A DNA stretch of 32,000 nucleotides from Coprobacillaceae bacterium. GTDB taxonomy: Bacteria > Bacillota_I > Bacilli_A > Erysipelotrichales > Coprobacillaceae. Below, piece after piece: positions 20,948 through 32,000 of the stretch. Position numbers and translations under genes: made by a program. The stretch's first letter is position 1, and each line of letters begins with the position of its first letter. The stretch lies in assembly GCA_963675915.1 (NCBI GenBank), contig OY780959.1:2310001-2342000 (forward strand), in the 5' to 3' direction. A model generated the notes under the pieces. The model was given only the letters and a program-made list of their open reading frames with translations. It was not told where the DNA came from and did not search any database.

Positions 20948-21812
20948 TTTTCATACCCATACATATCGCTGCGGCCATGCAGAAGGTGATGAAAACCAAA
21001 TAGTTGAAGCCGCAATTGATGCCGGAATTGAGAAATTGGGTTTTTCTGACCATGTGCCATTACCGGATTACCGCCGTTTTCTGGTCAAAGGAATCTCGAC
21101 CGTTATCCTGAGTCCCCATGGGATGATGACGATGCTCAAGGGTCTTTACACCAATGGACCGCGAATGAGAATGGGATTTCCGGAGCGACACGAACACCAG
21201 ACCAAGGTCAAAGAATTGAAGAAGATGTACAGCCACAAGATTCAGATTTATCAAGGTTACGAGGCGGAGTATTTCGAAAACTATCTTGAATATTATCAGG
21301 GACTTTTGGAAACCGAAGTCGATTACTTCATTCTCGGCCACCATTTCGACCAGTTCAATACAACCACCCGTTACTATGGTCGGCCTGACGTGACAGACAG
21401 CGATCTTTATCAATATCGTGATGATGTCATCAAAGCCCTGGAAACAAATCTGTTTTCATATCTCGCTCATCCGGATCTGTTCATGGTCGGTAAGGTTGTT
21501 TTTGATGATGTGGCCAAGGAAGTCACATATGATATCTGTCAAAAGGCCAAGGAATTGAATATTCCCCTCGAGGTAAATGCCGGAGGGATTCGCCGTGGCA
21601 AACGTGAAGTTGCCGGTGAAATGGTATATCAATACCCGTCAAAGCACTTTTTTGAGATTGCCAAAGAAATCGGCAATGATATTATTTTGGGAATAGATGC
21701 CCATTCCCCTGAGGATTTGAATCATCGCATCTATGAACAGATGATCGAATTCTGTGATGAAATCGGGTTGAAGATTGTCACTGAATTCGAGTTTAGAAAA
21801 GGCAAGAAATAA
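20934..21812 (+). CDS. PHP-family metal-dependent phosphoesterase (histidinol-phosphatase HisJ/HisK-like)
   Basis: 292 aa. N-terminal HTHTYRCGHA, FSDH, GYEAEY, LGHH, AHPD and GIDAH motifs in the PHP order. 14-nt overlap with truA. Confidence 0.75.
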   Translation: MSKTNFHTHTYRCGHAEGDENQIVEAAIDAGIEKLGFSDHVPLPDYRRFLVKGISTVILSPHGMMTMLKGLYTNGPRMRMGFPERHEHQTKVKELKKMYSHKIQIYQGYEAEYFENYLEYYQGLLETEVDYFILGHHFDQFNTTTRYYGRPDVTDSDLYQYRDDVIKALETNLFSYLAHPDLFMVGKVVFDDVAKEVTYDICQKAKELNIPLEVNAGGIRRGKREVAGEMVYQYPSKHFFEIAKEIGNDIILGIDAHSPEDLNHRIYEQMIEFCDEIGLKIVTEFEFRKGKK

Positions 21813-21821
21813 CAGCTGATG

Positions 21822-21848
21822 ATACCCCGATTCCGATCGGGGTATTTT
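21822..21848 (+). terminator. Rho-independent terminator of the ecf-truA-PHP operon
   Basis: ATACCCCGAT (21822-21831) pairs with ATCGGGGTAT (21836-21845) around a TCCG loop, followed by TTT. Confidence 0.75.
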
Positions 21849-21889
21849 GAGTTATGTGGTAACATTCTATGGTTTTTACAAAATAAAAA

Positions 21890-21898
21890 TGCTACAAT
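21890..21898 (+). promoter_or_regulatory. Extended -10 promoter element (TGcTACAAT) upstream of the orphan ORF
   Basis: TG at 21890-21891 and TACAAT at 21893-21898. Only a weak -35 (TGGTTT, 17-nt spacing). Confidence 0.5.
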
Positions 21899-21908
21899 AG
21901 TCTAAGAG

Positions 21909-23110
21909 GTGATGACTTTGCCAAAAATTGAATTGATAAACAAATATCTAGAAGAAAACAGCAGTAAATACGCTGGGAAGTATCGCTGTCATTCTAGCGT
22001 ACAGACTAAGCCGTACGAATATAAATTTCAATATTACATCTATGACGGGCAGTTCCGGGAGATATCGGTGTTTTTGACAATCGCATTTGTCAACAACGAG
22101 ATTGTTCCGACTTTTTCATTGTCGCTCAACGAACTTGAACAGAAATACATGATCAAGGATGCTCTTGAAAAAATCAAGACCCTGTCCCAATATAAATCAG
22201 TACTGCATTCGGACATTTTCGAATACTATGTCCAACACAAAGATTCGATTTCTTTGATGGCGCCAATCGATTTTAGGAACATTCTCGATTATCTGGAATT
22301 CCACAAGGGCACCAACAAAGCGACAATAACTGAATTCTATGATATCTACATTCCGTATTTTGAACGGCTGGTGCATACCAAGAATTACAAAAATCTATTG
22401 GAATCGATTGATCTGATTCTTGACAAGATTTCCTATGAATACGAATGGGATGGCTCGACTAGGAAATACCTGGATACGGAATATCAGCATCATTTGAAAT
22501 TCTTTACGAAGATTACAATCTACGGATTGAAACTCCTCAAAGAGTTCAATCAGGCCCAGAAGGAAAAGTTTTACGCGATAATATATGATATTGCTACGGT
22601 AAAAAGATTCGCTTTGCTGATTCTTGTCAAGGTTGATTTCAGTGTCATCAGACAGATTCCGGAAGTCGACTATCTGATTGAATACCTGGTAGCGCGCGAC
22701 ATCGAGGAAGAAGGCCAAAATTTCGTCATTGAATACTTCAAGGCCTTATACTATGAAGATGATGAACTGCTTAAAAAAGCCAGTGTCGAAGTGGTCAGAA
22801 TGATTGTCGAAGATTTCCTTTCTTTCGCCAATCATGAATTGATTCTGGAAATCGGAAAATCTATCATAGAAGTTCAAGGTTACGATTTTTTAATCGATTA
22901 TTTTTCAACTTATTACAATACTTTCGTTTTTGCCGCCTTCCCAATATCGTCATTCCCTGAGGTTTATCAAAAACGAATTAAATTCGAATTAGAGAAAGCG
23001 ATCCGATTCTACGCTGCGAGAATGGAACATCCTCAGTACTACTTGACATCTTTTGAACAAGTTGCCAATATCAATCGGATCTTGATGGAGAATTTTGGAG
23101 GATACAATCA

Positions 23111-23114
<4 letters not shown>
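21909..23114 (+). CDS. Hypothetical protein, Tyr-rich, predicted soluble and mostly helical; no family recognised
   Basis: 401-aa ORF with no hydrophobic TM-length segment. The start is uncertain: GTG 21909, ATG 21912 or TTG 21918. AGAGGTG at 21905-21911 best fits TTG 21918. The TGA stop overlaps the next gene's ATG. Confidence 0.7.
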
Positions 23115-25525
<2,411 letters not shown>

Positions 25526-25526
<1 letters not shown>

Positions 25527-25557
25527 AAGTTGGCTCAATAGCCAACTTCTTTCTTTT
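25526..25557 (+). terminator. Rho-independent terminator after the GH1 gene
   Basis: GAAGTTGGCT (25526-25535) pairs with AGCCAACTTC (25540-25549) around a CAAT loop, followed by a T-rich tract TTTCTTTT. Confidence 0.8.
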
Positions 25558-25585
25558 ATAACCGGCCATTATTCAATACTTTCCT

Positions 25586-25614
25586 TTGTATGTATTTCTC
25601 ATTTGTATTATAAT
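25586..25614 (+). promoter_or_regulatory. Sigma-A promoter for the rpiR-family gene
   Basis: TTGTAT (25586-25591), 17-nt spacer, TATAAT (25609-25614). AAGGAG RBS before ATG 25633. Confidence 0.6.
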
Positions 25615-25632
25615 GTTAGCAAGGAGTAAGCT

Positions 25633-26466
25633 ATGGAAACTAACAATTATTATGAGAAAGATATTCTTTATAACCTGGTGACTTTTTTAAATACATCAAG
25701 TTCTGAAGAAATGTTCTATACTATCTGTTATAACATTTTAATTAATATCGAAGAGATACCGACAATCAATATTTCGGACCTGGCCAAGATGTGTTATACA
25801 TCTCCGGCGACGATTTCCCGGTTTTGCCGCCATCTGAAATTCTCTAATTTTGCGGAGTTCAAAAACGAAGTTCAAGAAGCGTTGAACATGGCCCGCAATG
25901 AAATCAAACTTTCGGGCAGCAAACTGGTTGAGGCATATCAAAATCCGCAGTCGATAATCGATTTGATCTATGATACATCAATAAAATCACTGCAAATGTC
26001 CAAAGAGAATCTGAAAATCGAGGATGTTGACCGCTTCTGCAGGCTGCTTCATGAGGCCAAGAAGATCCATTTCTTCGGATTTCAGTTCAATAAAATTATT
26101 GCATCAGATTTTCAGATCAAACTGCTGAAGTTGGGGAAACTGGCTTATGCGTTCGCCGACCGCGGCGATGATGCGCAAAGAATCGAATTGCTCGATGATG
26201 ACTCACTGGCAATAGTGTTGTCCTCAAGGGCTCGGGATCTTCAAATGTTTTCATTAGTGGATGCCATCAAATCCAGAAAATCAAAAGTGATTTTGGTCAC
26301 ATTGAACTCAGAAGCCAAAGTTATTGAAAGAGTCGATGATGCGTTTATCGTAAAAGGGATGATAAACGATATCTTCGAGTCGGCAACAAGTGAGACAACA
26401 GTAATCAAGACATTCCTGGATTTGGTTTATTTCAGGTATGGAATTTTATATCCAAGGAAGGGGTAA
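25633..26466 (+). CDS. RpiR/MurR-family transcriptional regulator (N-terminal HTH plus C-terminal SIS domain)
   Basis: 277 aa. HTH segment ISDLAKMCYTSPATISRFCRHLKFSNFAEFK. The C-terminal half has the SIS-like pattern KKIHFFGFQ and DSLAIVLSSRA. Confidence 0.85.
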   Translation: METNNYYEKDILYNLVTFLNTSSSEEMFYTICYNILINIEEIPTINISDLAKMCYTSPATISRFCRHLKFSNFAEFKNEVQEALNMARNEIKLSGSKLVEAYQNPQSIIDLIYDTSIKSLQMSKENLKIEDVDRFCRLLHEAKKIHFFGFQFNKIIASDFQIKLLKLGKLAYAFADRGDDAQRIELLDDDSLAIVLSSRARDLQMFSLVDAIKSRKSKVILVTLNSEAKVIERVDDAFIVKGMINDIFESATSETTVIKTFLDLVYFRYGILYPRKG

Positions 26467-26470
26467 AGAT

Positions 26471-27484
26471 ATGAAAGGTTTTATCAATGATTATTCAACG
26501 GGGTGCCATCCCCGGATTTTACAGGCGCTAAACGACAGCAATGATGTGGTCACGGTTGGCTACGGACAAGATGAATACTGTCAAAAAGCGGCAGATAAGT
26601 TAAAAGGCCTGATTGGCAATGAAGAGGTCGATGTCCATTTTCTGGCCGGAGGAACTCAGACCAATGCCACGTTCATTAAAGCGGCACTGCGAAATCATCA
26701 GGCGGTCATTGCGGTTGACAGCGGACACGTTGCGGTTCATGAAACCGGAGCAATTGAAGCGACTGGTCACAAGGTTCTGACTTGCAATAATGAAGACGGG
26801 AAAGTCACTTGTCAGGCAATCGAAGAAATTGTCAAAGGCCATCCGGATGAACACATGGTTCAACCCAAGTTGGTTTACATTTCCCAAACAACCGAATATG
26901 GGACTTGTTACACCAAGGAGGAACTGGCGGATATTGCGGCAGTATGCAAAAAGCACAAACTGTATCTTTATCTTGACGGAGCGAGACTTTCAAGCGCCCT
27001 GGCGGTGGACCAGGCAGCCAGTCTTAAAGATATTTGTGAATATTGTGATGCATTCTATTTTGGAGGAACCAAATCAGGTCTCCTTTATGGTGAATGTCTT
27101 GTCATCAAGAATGATGCCTTGAAAGAAGATTTCCGCTATATCATGAAACAAAGCGGGGCGATGATGGCCAAGGGCAGAATCCTTGGAGTTCAGTTCTTGG
27201 AACTTTTCTCAAATGAACTTTATCTTTCAATCGGACGTCATCAAAATGCAATGGCGATGATAATAAAAGAAGCAATGGTGAAATTGGGGTATAAATTGTT
27301 TGTTGATTCATCAAGCAACCAGCTGTTTTTCGAAATGACTCAGACCCAATTCGACTATATCAATGATGAATATGCAATCACATTATTTGAAAAACATCCG
27401 GATAAAGTGGTTGTGAGATTAGTGACTTCATACGCTACGACATTTGATGTTGTCAACAAATTCATCAAATATATCAGTGTCTAA
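26471..27484 (+). CDS. Threonine-aldolase / beta-eliminating-lyase family PLP-dependent enzyme
   Basis: 337 aa from ATG 26471 (MKGFINDYSTGCHP) with AAGGAAGGGG RBS. GGTQTNA, YLDGARLSSA, PLP-Lys context FGGTKSGL, and RLVTSYATT are collinear with LtaE motifs GTQANL, HVDGARIFNA, SKGLG, RLVTHLDVS. Confidence 0.75.
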   Translation: MKGFINDYSTGCHPRILQALNDSNDVVTVGYGQDEYCQKAADKLKGLIGNEEVDVHFLAGGTQTNATFIKAALRNHQAVIAVDSGHVAVHETGAIEATGHKVLTCNNEDGKVTCQAIEEIVKGHPDEHMVQPKLVYISQTTEYGTCYTKEELADIAAVCKKHKLYLYLDGARLSSALAVDQAASLKDICEYCDAFYFGGTKSGLLYGECLVIKNDALKEDFRYIMKQSGAMMAKGRILGVQFLELFSNELYLSIGRHQNAMAMIIKEAMVKLGYKLFVDSSSNQLFFEMTQTQFDYINDEYAITLFEKHPDKVVVRLVTSYATTFDVVNKFIKYISV

Positions 27485-27521
27485 AATCACATTGTGTGAG
27501 TACGAATGAGACTCTAATATG

Positions 27522-27550
27522 TTGCAAAGAGATTCCTTTAGGGATATAAT
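27522..27550 (+). promoter_or_regulatory. Sigma-A promoter for hup
   Basis: TTGCAA (27522-27527), 17-nt spacer, TATAAT (27545-27550). Confidence 0.7.
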
Positions 27551-27586
27551 GTATAAGTAGACTTATTATGAAATGGAGATTAAGAA

Positions 27587-27862
27587 ATGAATAAAACTGA
27601 ATTGGTTGGAGCAATCGCTTCTAAAACTGAATTAACAAAAGTAGAAGTTGAAAAAGTGGTAAATGCATTTGTAACAGTTGTTGGAGAAGAACTGGTTTCT
27701 GGAAATAAAGTTGCAATTAAAGGTTTTGGAACATTCGAAGCACGTGAGCGTGCAGCGAGACAAGGACATAATCCAAGAACTAAAGAAGTTATCCAAATTC
27801 CGGCAAGCAAAGCTCCTGGTTTCAAAGCGAGTTCAGCATTTAAAGACTTATTAAATAAATAA
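27587..27862 (+). CDS. hup: DNA-binding protein HU
   Basis: 91 aa. MNKTELVGAIA, GFGTFEARERAARQGHNPRT and IPASKAPGFKAS arm motif. Confidence 0.96.
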   Translation: MNKTELVGAIASKTELTKVEVEKVVNAFVTVVGEELVSGNKVAIKGFGTFEARERAARQGHNPRTKEVIQIPASKAPGFKASSAFKDLLNK

Positions 27863-27873
27863 GATAAGACAAG

Positions 27874-27900
27874 ACCAACTTTGAACAAGTTGGTTTTTTT
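27874..27900 (+). terminator. Rho-independent terminator of hup
   Basis: ACCAACTT (27874-27881) pairs with AAGTTGGT (27887-27894) around a 5-nt loop, followed by T6. Confidence 0.85.
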
Positions 27901-27903
27901 GTC

Positions 27904-27932
27904 AAAAAAAAGACTGGCATCTATGCCAGTCT
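27904..27932 (-). terminator. Rho-independent terminator of pduL (minus strand)
   Basis: AGACTGGCAT (27911-27920) pairs with ATGCCAGTCT (27923-27932). On the minus strand the stem is followed by T8 (plus-strand A-tract 27904-27911). Confidence 0.8.
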
Positions 27933-27945
27933 CAGAGTCAGAAAA

Positions 27946-28521
27946 CTAATCAATAATAATTCCTTCAGATGTAAGAATTCCACCAGCGGCATTACATTCA
28001 TCTGTATCAATATGCATGAAAGTTGCATATTTGGCGCTAACACGAATCATGACATCACCGAATACAATGGCACGACCTTCATTGTTAACTGATACTTGAA
28101 CCAATTGTTTGTCAGACAAACCATAAGCTTCAGCATCTTCAGGTGTCATATGAACATGACGTTTTGCTGCAATAACCCCTTCGGCAATCTCAACTTCACC
28201 TTTAGGTCCAACGATTTTACAACCTGGAGTTCCAGCGATATCTCCAGATTCTCTTACAGGAGCGATGATTCCGATACCTCTGGCATCAGTAAGTGACAAC
28301 TCGACTTGAGTGTCGCCACGAGTAGGTCCCAGGATGATAACGTTTTTAAGTTCGCGTTTAGGTCCTACGATTGTTACACGCTCTTCACAAGCGAATTGTC
28401 CAGGTTGGCTCAGGTCTTTCATACAAGTTAACTCGTAACCTTCCCCGAATAATTTCTCAAGATCAGTCTGACTCAAATGTACGTGTCTTGCAGATGTTTC
28501 AACAGTAATTTTTTTATCCAT
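27946..28521 (-). CDS. pduL: PduL-type phosphate acyltransferase (phosphotransacetylase/propanoyltransferase)
   Basis: 191 aa with two PduL repeats: SARHVHLSQTDLEKLFG near the N-terminus and AKRHVHMTPEDAEAYG mid-protein. Also GPTRGDTQVELS and FMHIDTDECNA. AAGGAGAA RBS upstream on the minus strand. Confidence 0.88.
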   Translation of the reverse strand: MDKKITVETSARHVHLSQTDLEKLFGEGYELTCMKDLSQPGQFACEERVTIVGPKRELKNVIILGPTRGDTQVELSLTDARGIGIIAPVRESGDIAGTPGCKIVGPKGEVEIAEGVIAAKRHVHMTPEDAEAYGLSDKQLVQVSVNNEGRAIVFGDVMIRVSAKYATFMHIDTDECNAAGGILTSEGIIID

Positions 28522-28543
28522 AATATTCTCCTTTTCTTAAATA

Positions 28544-28571
28544 ATAATACTCTTTTTTTTGAATTTTTCAA
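28544..28571 (-). promoter_or_regulatory. Candidate sigma-A promoter for pduL (minus strand)
   Basis: Read on the minus strand: TTGAAA (28571-28566), 16-nt spacer, TATTAT (28549-28544). Confidence 0.35.
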
Positions 28572-28691
28572 CGTTTTTTGAAAATCGGGAACAAAATCGC
28601 AAATATCTGTTCCAATATTGTATGCAAAGTGCATAAAAAATATAAAATAATTGTCTTGTTTTTTGTAATATCCTAAAATCGATATTATTTC

Positions 28692-28720
28692 TTTACAAAT
28701 ATCATTAAATATAGTAAACT
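28692..28720 (+). promoter_or_regulatory. Candidate sigma-A promoter for gltB
   Basis: TTTACA (28692-28697), 17-nt spacer, TAAACT (28715-28720). AAAGGAGG RBS at 28734-28741. Confidence 0.35.
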
Positions 28721-28749
28721 AATTCTACCCAATAAAGGAGGTTAATTAA

Positions 28750-31700
28750 ATGAAAAAATCTTTGTACGATCCTAGCTTTGACCATGATAACTGTGGTATC
28801 GGAGCTGTCGTAAATATCAAAGGTGTCAAAACTCACAAAACTGTGAGCGATGCTCTGACTATTGTTGAACAGTTAGAACACCGCGCCGGTAAAGACGCCG
28901 ATGGAAAAACTGGTGATGGAGTCGGTATTTTGACTCAATTGCCTCATGAATACTTTTCAAGTTTGGAATTGGATTTCGAACTGCCAAACGAAGGTGAATA
29001 CGGGGTGGCAATGTTATTCCTGCCTCAAGAACTTCTGGTAAGAAACCGAATTATCAAACATTTCAAAACTATTACTGAAAACGAAAGCATGGAAATTTTA
29101 GGATGGCGAAACGTCCCAATCGCACCTAAGGTTCTTGGTAGAAAAGCTCTGGAAGCTATGCCATATATCATGCAATGTTTCGTTGCAAAACCAAAAACAG
29201 TGGCTAAAGGTCTTGATTTTGACCGTCGCTTATATGAAGTGCGTCGTCTTTTCGAGCACAGTTCTTTTGAAGATACTTATGTATGTTCATTTTCGTCACG
29301 TACAATCGTATACAAAGGTATGTTTTTAGTAGGGCAATTGCGCTCATTTTTTGAAGATTTACAATCTAAATACTATAAAAGTGCAATCGCGTTAGTCCAT
29401 TCCCGTTTCTCGACTAACACAAACCCTTCTTGGAAAAGAGCCCATCCAAACCGCATCATTGTCCACAATGGTGAGATCAATACGATCAAAGGTAATGCCA
29501 ATAATATGTTCTCAAGAGAAGAAAATATGGCTACCGATTTGGTTGATACTACCAAGGTATATCCAGTTGTTGATTTATCCGGATCGGATTCAGCAAGATT
29601 GGATAATACATTGGAATTCCTGGTTATGTCAGGAATGCCTTTGCCTCGTGCGGTAATGATGACAATTCCAGAACCTCATGAGAATAATAAGTCGATGGAT
29701 CCAAAGAAAAAAGCGATGTATGAATACAACGCTACAATCATGGAACCATGGGATGGTCCTGCATCAATCCTGTTTAGTGATGGGGATATCATGGGGGCTA
29801 TTCTTGACCGTAATGGTCTGCGTCCTTCACGTTATTATATTACTAAGGATGGATATCTTGTCCTGTCATCCGAAGTTGGAGCTCTGCCGATTGAAGCAAG
29901 CAATGTAGTAGAGAAAGACCGTCTTCGTCCTGGTAAAATGTTACTGGTTGATACGATCCAAGGTCGTCTGATTTCAGATGAAGAATTGAAAATGGAATTT
30001 GCCAACAAAAAACCTTATGGTGAATGGTTGGAAACTCAGCTGGTTAAATTGGCGGAGTTGGATATTCCAAACCAAAAAACCATCAATTACACCGGTGAAG
30101 ATCTTAAACGTCGTCAAAAAGTATTCGGATATACTTATGAAGATGTTGACAGCTATATCAAAGCTATGGCTATCGCCGGAAAAGAAAAAGTTATCGCCAT
30201 GGGTAATGATGCGCCGTTGGCTGTTTTCTCGAAAAAACATCCACCGTTGTTCAATTACTTCAAACAATTGTTTGCTCAGGTAACCAACCCACCTATCGAT
30301 GCAATCAGAGAAGAAATCGTTACTTCTTCTACTTTGTATTTGGGATGCGAAGGAAACATGCTTGAAGACAAGGCTGAAAACTGCAAATTGTTGAAAATCA
30401 ACAACCCGATTCTTTCAAACCTGGATATGTTGAAAATCCGTGGTTTAAATAAGGAAGGATTCCAGGTGGCTACTGTCTCAACTACATATATCAAAAACAC
30501 TTCTCTTGAAAGTGCGATTGAAAAAGTATGTAATATGGTTGACAAAGCTTACCATAAAGGTGCCAATATCATCATCCTGTCTGACCGTGAAATCGATGAT
30601 TACCGCATGCCGATCCCATCATTGTTGATCACTGCGGCAGTCAATCAACATTTGGTCGATACTAAAAAACGTAACTCGGTTGCAGTGATCGTTGAATCCG
30701 GAGAACCTCGTGAAGTCCATCATTTTGCGACATTACTTGGATACGGTGCCAGTGCAATCAACTCATACCTGGTTCAAGATACAATCAAAGACTTGGCTGA
30801 TGCGAACATCCTGGATAAGGATTACTATGCAGCAGTTCATGATTTCAATGATGCCGTATTGCATGGTATTATCAAAATCGCTTCAAAAATGGGGATTTCA
30901 ACTCTTCAATCATACCGTGGTTCGCAAAACTTCGAAGCTATCGGTCTGTCTACTTCTTTGATCAACAAATATTTCAGAGGAACTGTCAGCCGTATCGAAG
31001 GTAACGATATCCAAGATATCGAAAAAGATGTCGAATATCGTCATAACCAAGTGTTCGATCCATTGGGATTGGCTGTCGACCTGTCATTGGACGACAGTGG
31101 TGAACTGAAAGAAAGAGCTGGAGAAGAAATCCACTTATATACACCAGAAACAATCTATATGTTGCAACAGTCGACTCGTACTGGTGACTATGAATTGTTC
31201 AAAAAATATGCGGAATTGATTAATAAAGAAGGGGAAAAACTGAACCTTCGTGGTCAATTCAGATTCAAAGCCGGAAATCCGATTTCTATCGATGAAGTTG
31301 AACCGGTGTCTGAAATCGTAAAACGTTTCAAAACTGGGGCGATGTCATATGGTTCAATCTCGAAAGAGGCTCATGAATGTATGGCAATTGCAATGAACCG
31401 TCTGCAAGGACGTTCAAACTCAGGTGAAGGTGGGGAAGACGAAGAACGTTTCGAACCATTGCCAAACGGAGACAGCCGTTGTTCAGCAATCAAACAGGTT
31501 GCTTCAGGACGTTTCGGTGTAACTTCTAAATACCTTAACAGTGCCAAAGAGATTCAAATCAAGATGGCTCAAGGGGCAAAACCTGGTGAAGGTGGACAGT
31601 TGCCAGCCATGAAAGTATATCCATGGATTGCGAAAACTCGTCACTCTACTCCAGGTGTGGATCTGATTTCACCACCACCACATCATGATATCTACTCAAT

Positions 31701-32000
31701 TGAGGATTTGGCTCAGTTGATTTATGACTTGAAAAACGCCAACACTGGTGCGCGTATCTCGGTTAAACTGGTTTCTGAAGCCGGTGTCGGAACTGTCGCT
31801 TCAGGTGTTGCCAAAGCCGGGGCTGAAGTAATCCTGATTTCAGGATATGACGGAGGAACTGGTGCCGCTCCTAAGAACTCGGTATTCAATGCCGGATTGC
31901 CTTGGGAACTTGGACTTGTTGAAGCTCATCACTCACTGATTGAAAATGATCTTCGTAGTCATGTTGTCATCGAAACTGATGGTAAATTGATGACTGGTCG
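28750..32000 (+). CDS. gltB: Glutamate synthase large subunit (GltB), 3' end beyond the window
   Basis: Absent from the ORF track because no stop occurs before the window end. Hand translation from ATG 28750 gives [22 protein letters not shown]. In-frame hallmark motifs: [12 protein letters not shown] and [11 protein letters not shown] (about 29400-29500), [15 protein letters not shown] (about 30270), [12 protein letters not shown] (about 31330), [34 protein letters not shown]. Frame 1 stays open to nt 31998. Confidence 0.95.
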   Translation, partial: MKKSLYDPSFDHDNCGIGAVVNIKGVKTHKTVSDALTIVEQLEHRAGKDADGKTGDGVGILTQLPHEYFSSLELDFELPNEGEYGVAMLFLPQELLVRNRIIKHFKTITENESMEILGWRNVPIAPKVLGRKALEAMPYIMQCFVAKPKTVAKGLDFDRRLYEVRRLFEHSSFEDTYVCSFSSRTIVYKGMFLVGQLRSFFEDLQSKYYKSAIALVHSRFSTNTNPSWKRAHPNRIIVHNGEINTIKGNANNMFSREENMATDLVDTTKVYPVVDLSGSDSARLDNTLEFLVMSGMPLPRAVMMTIPEPHENNKSMDPKKKAMYEYNATIMEPWDGPASILFSDGDIMGAILDRNGLRPSRYYITKDGYLVLSSEVGALPIEASNVVEKDRLRPGKMLLVDTIQGRLISDEELKMEFANKKPYGEWLETQLVKLAELDIPNQKTINYTGEDLKRRQKVFGYTYEDVDSYIKAMAIAGKEKVIAMGNDAPLAVFSKKHPPLFNYFKQLFAQVTNPPIDAIREEIVTSSTLYLGCEGNMLEDKAENCKLLKINNPILSNLDMLKIRGLNKEGFQVATVSTTYIKNTSLESAIEKVCNMVDKAYHKGANIIILSDREIDDYRMPIPSLLITAAVNQHLVDTKKRNSVAVIVESGEPREVHHFATLLGYGASAINSYLVQDTIKDLADANILDKDYYAAVHDFNDAVLHGIIKIASKMGISTLQSYRGSQNFEAIGLSTSLINKYFRGTVSRIEGNDIQDIEKDVEYRHNQVFDPLGLAVDLSLDDSGELKERAGEEIHLYTPETIYMLQQSTRTGDYELFKKYAELINKEGEKLNLRGQFRFKAGNPISIDEVEPVSEIVKRFKTGAMSYGSISKEAHECMAIAMNRLQGRSNSGEGGEDEERFEPLPNGDSRCSAIKQVASGRFGVTSKYLNSAKEIQIKMAQGAKPGEGGQLPAMKVYPWIAKTRHSTPGVDLISPPPHHDIYSIEDLAQLIYDLKNANTGARISVKLVSEAGVGTVASGVAKAGAEVILISGYDGGTGAAPKNSVFNAGLPWELGLVEAHHSLIENDLRSHVVIETDGKLMTG

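Noticed and set aside
26438-26470. Track start 26438 for the aldolase-like gene, overlapping the rpiR 3' end
   Set aside because: ATG 26471 follows an AAGGAAGGGG RBS and gives the family-typical N-terminus (FINDYS-G-HP). The upstream codons lie inside rpiR.
27567-27593. Short upstream ORF (ATGAAATGGAGATTAAGAAATGAATAA) overlapping the hup start
   Set aside because: It has no RBS, is only 8 codons long, and contains the hup Shine-Dalgarno sequence. It is most likely coincidental.
29135-30961. Series of 64-94-aa frame-2 and minus-strand ORFs listed in the track across 29.1-31.0 kb
   Set aside because: All lie inside the continuously open frame-1 gltB reading frame, which carries every hallmark GltB motif.

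Overview
This window is mostly conserved core genome from a low-GC Gram-positive bacterium. The lineage looks Bacillota/Mollicutes-like; Erysipelotrichia or Acholeplasma is only a guess. The genetic code is standard: TGA is the stop of ecfT and of the 21909-23114 ORF, and Trp is TGG. Layout: (1) 1-2947, the tail of a MacB/FtsX-type ABC exporter. (2) 3119-17702, a complete S10-spc-alpha ribosomal-protein superoperon in the canonical Bacillus-type order, rpsJ to rplQ, including secY-adk-map-infA-rpmJ. It has a near-consensus promoter with A-tracts upstream and a clean terminator. (3) 17712-21848, ecfA1-ecfA2-ecfT-truA plus a translationally coupled PHP phosphoesterase. (4) 21.9-32 kb, a less conserved stretch. 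It holds an orphan Tyr-rich 401-aa protein coupled to a membrane-anchored alpha/beta-hydrolase-fold protein whose nucleophile elbow reads GKEMG. These are followed by a GH1 6-phospho-beta-glucosidase, an RpiR regulator, a threonine-aldolase-like PLP enzyme, HU, a stand-alone PduL phosphotransacylase on the minus strand, and the 5' ~3.2 kb of gltB. Two real genes are missing from the ORF track: rpmJ is too short, and gltB has no stop inside the window. I found no tRNA, rRNA, CRISPR array, transposase, integrase or recognisable defence genes. I do not see a convincing novel multi-gene system. The only unexplained content is the two-gene module at 21.9-24.0 kb, and it is a modest candidate. All domain calls come from motif recognition by eye, with no database search.
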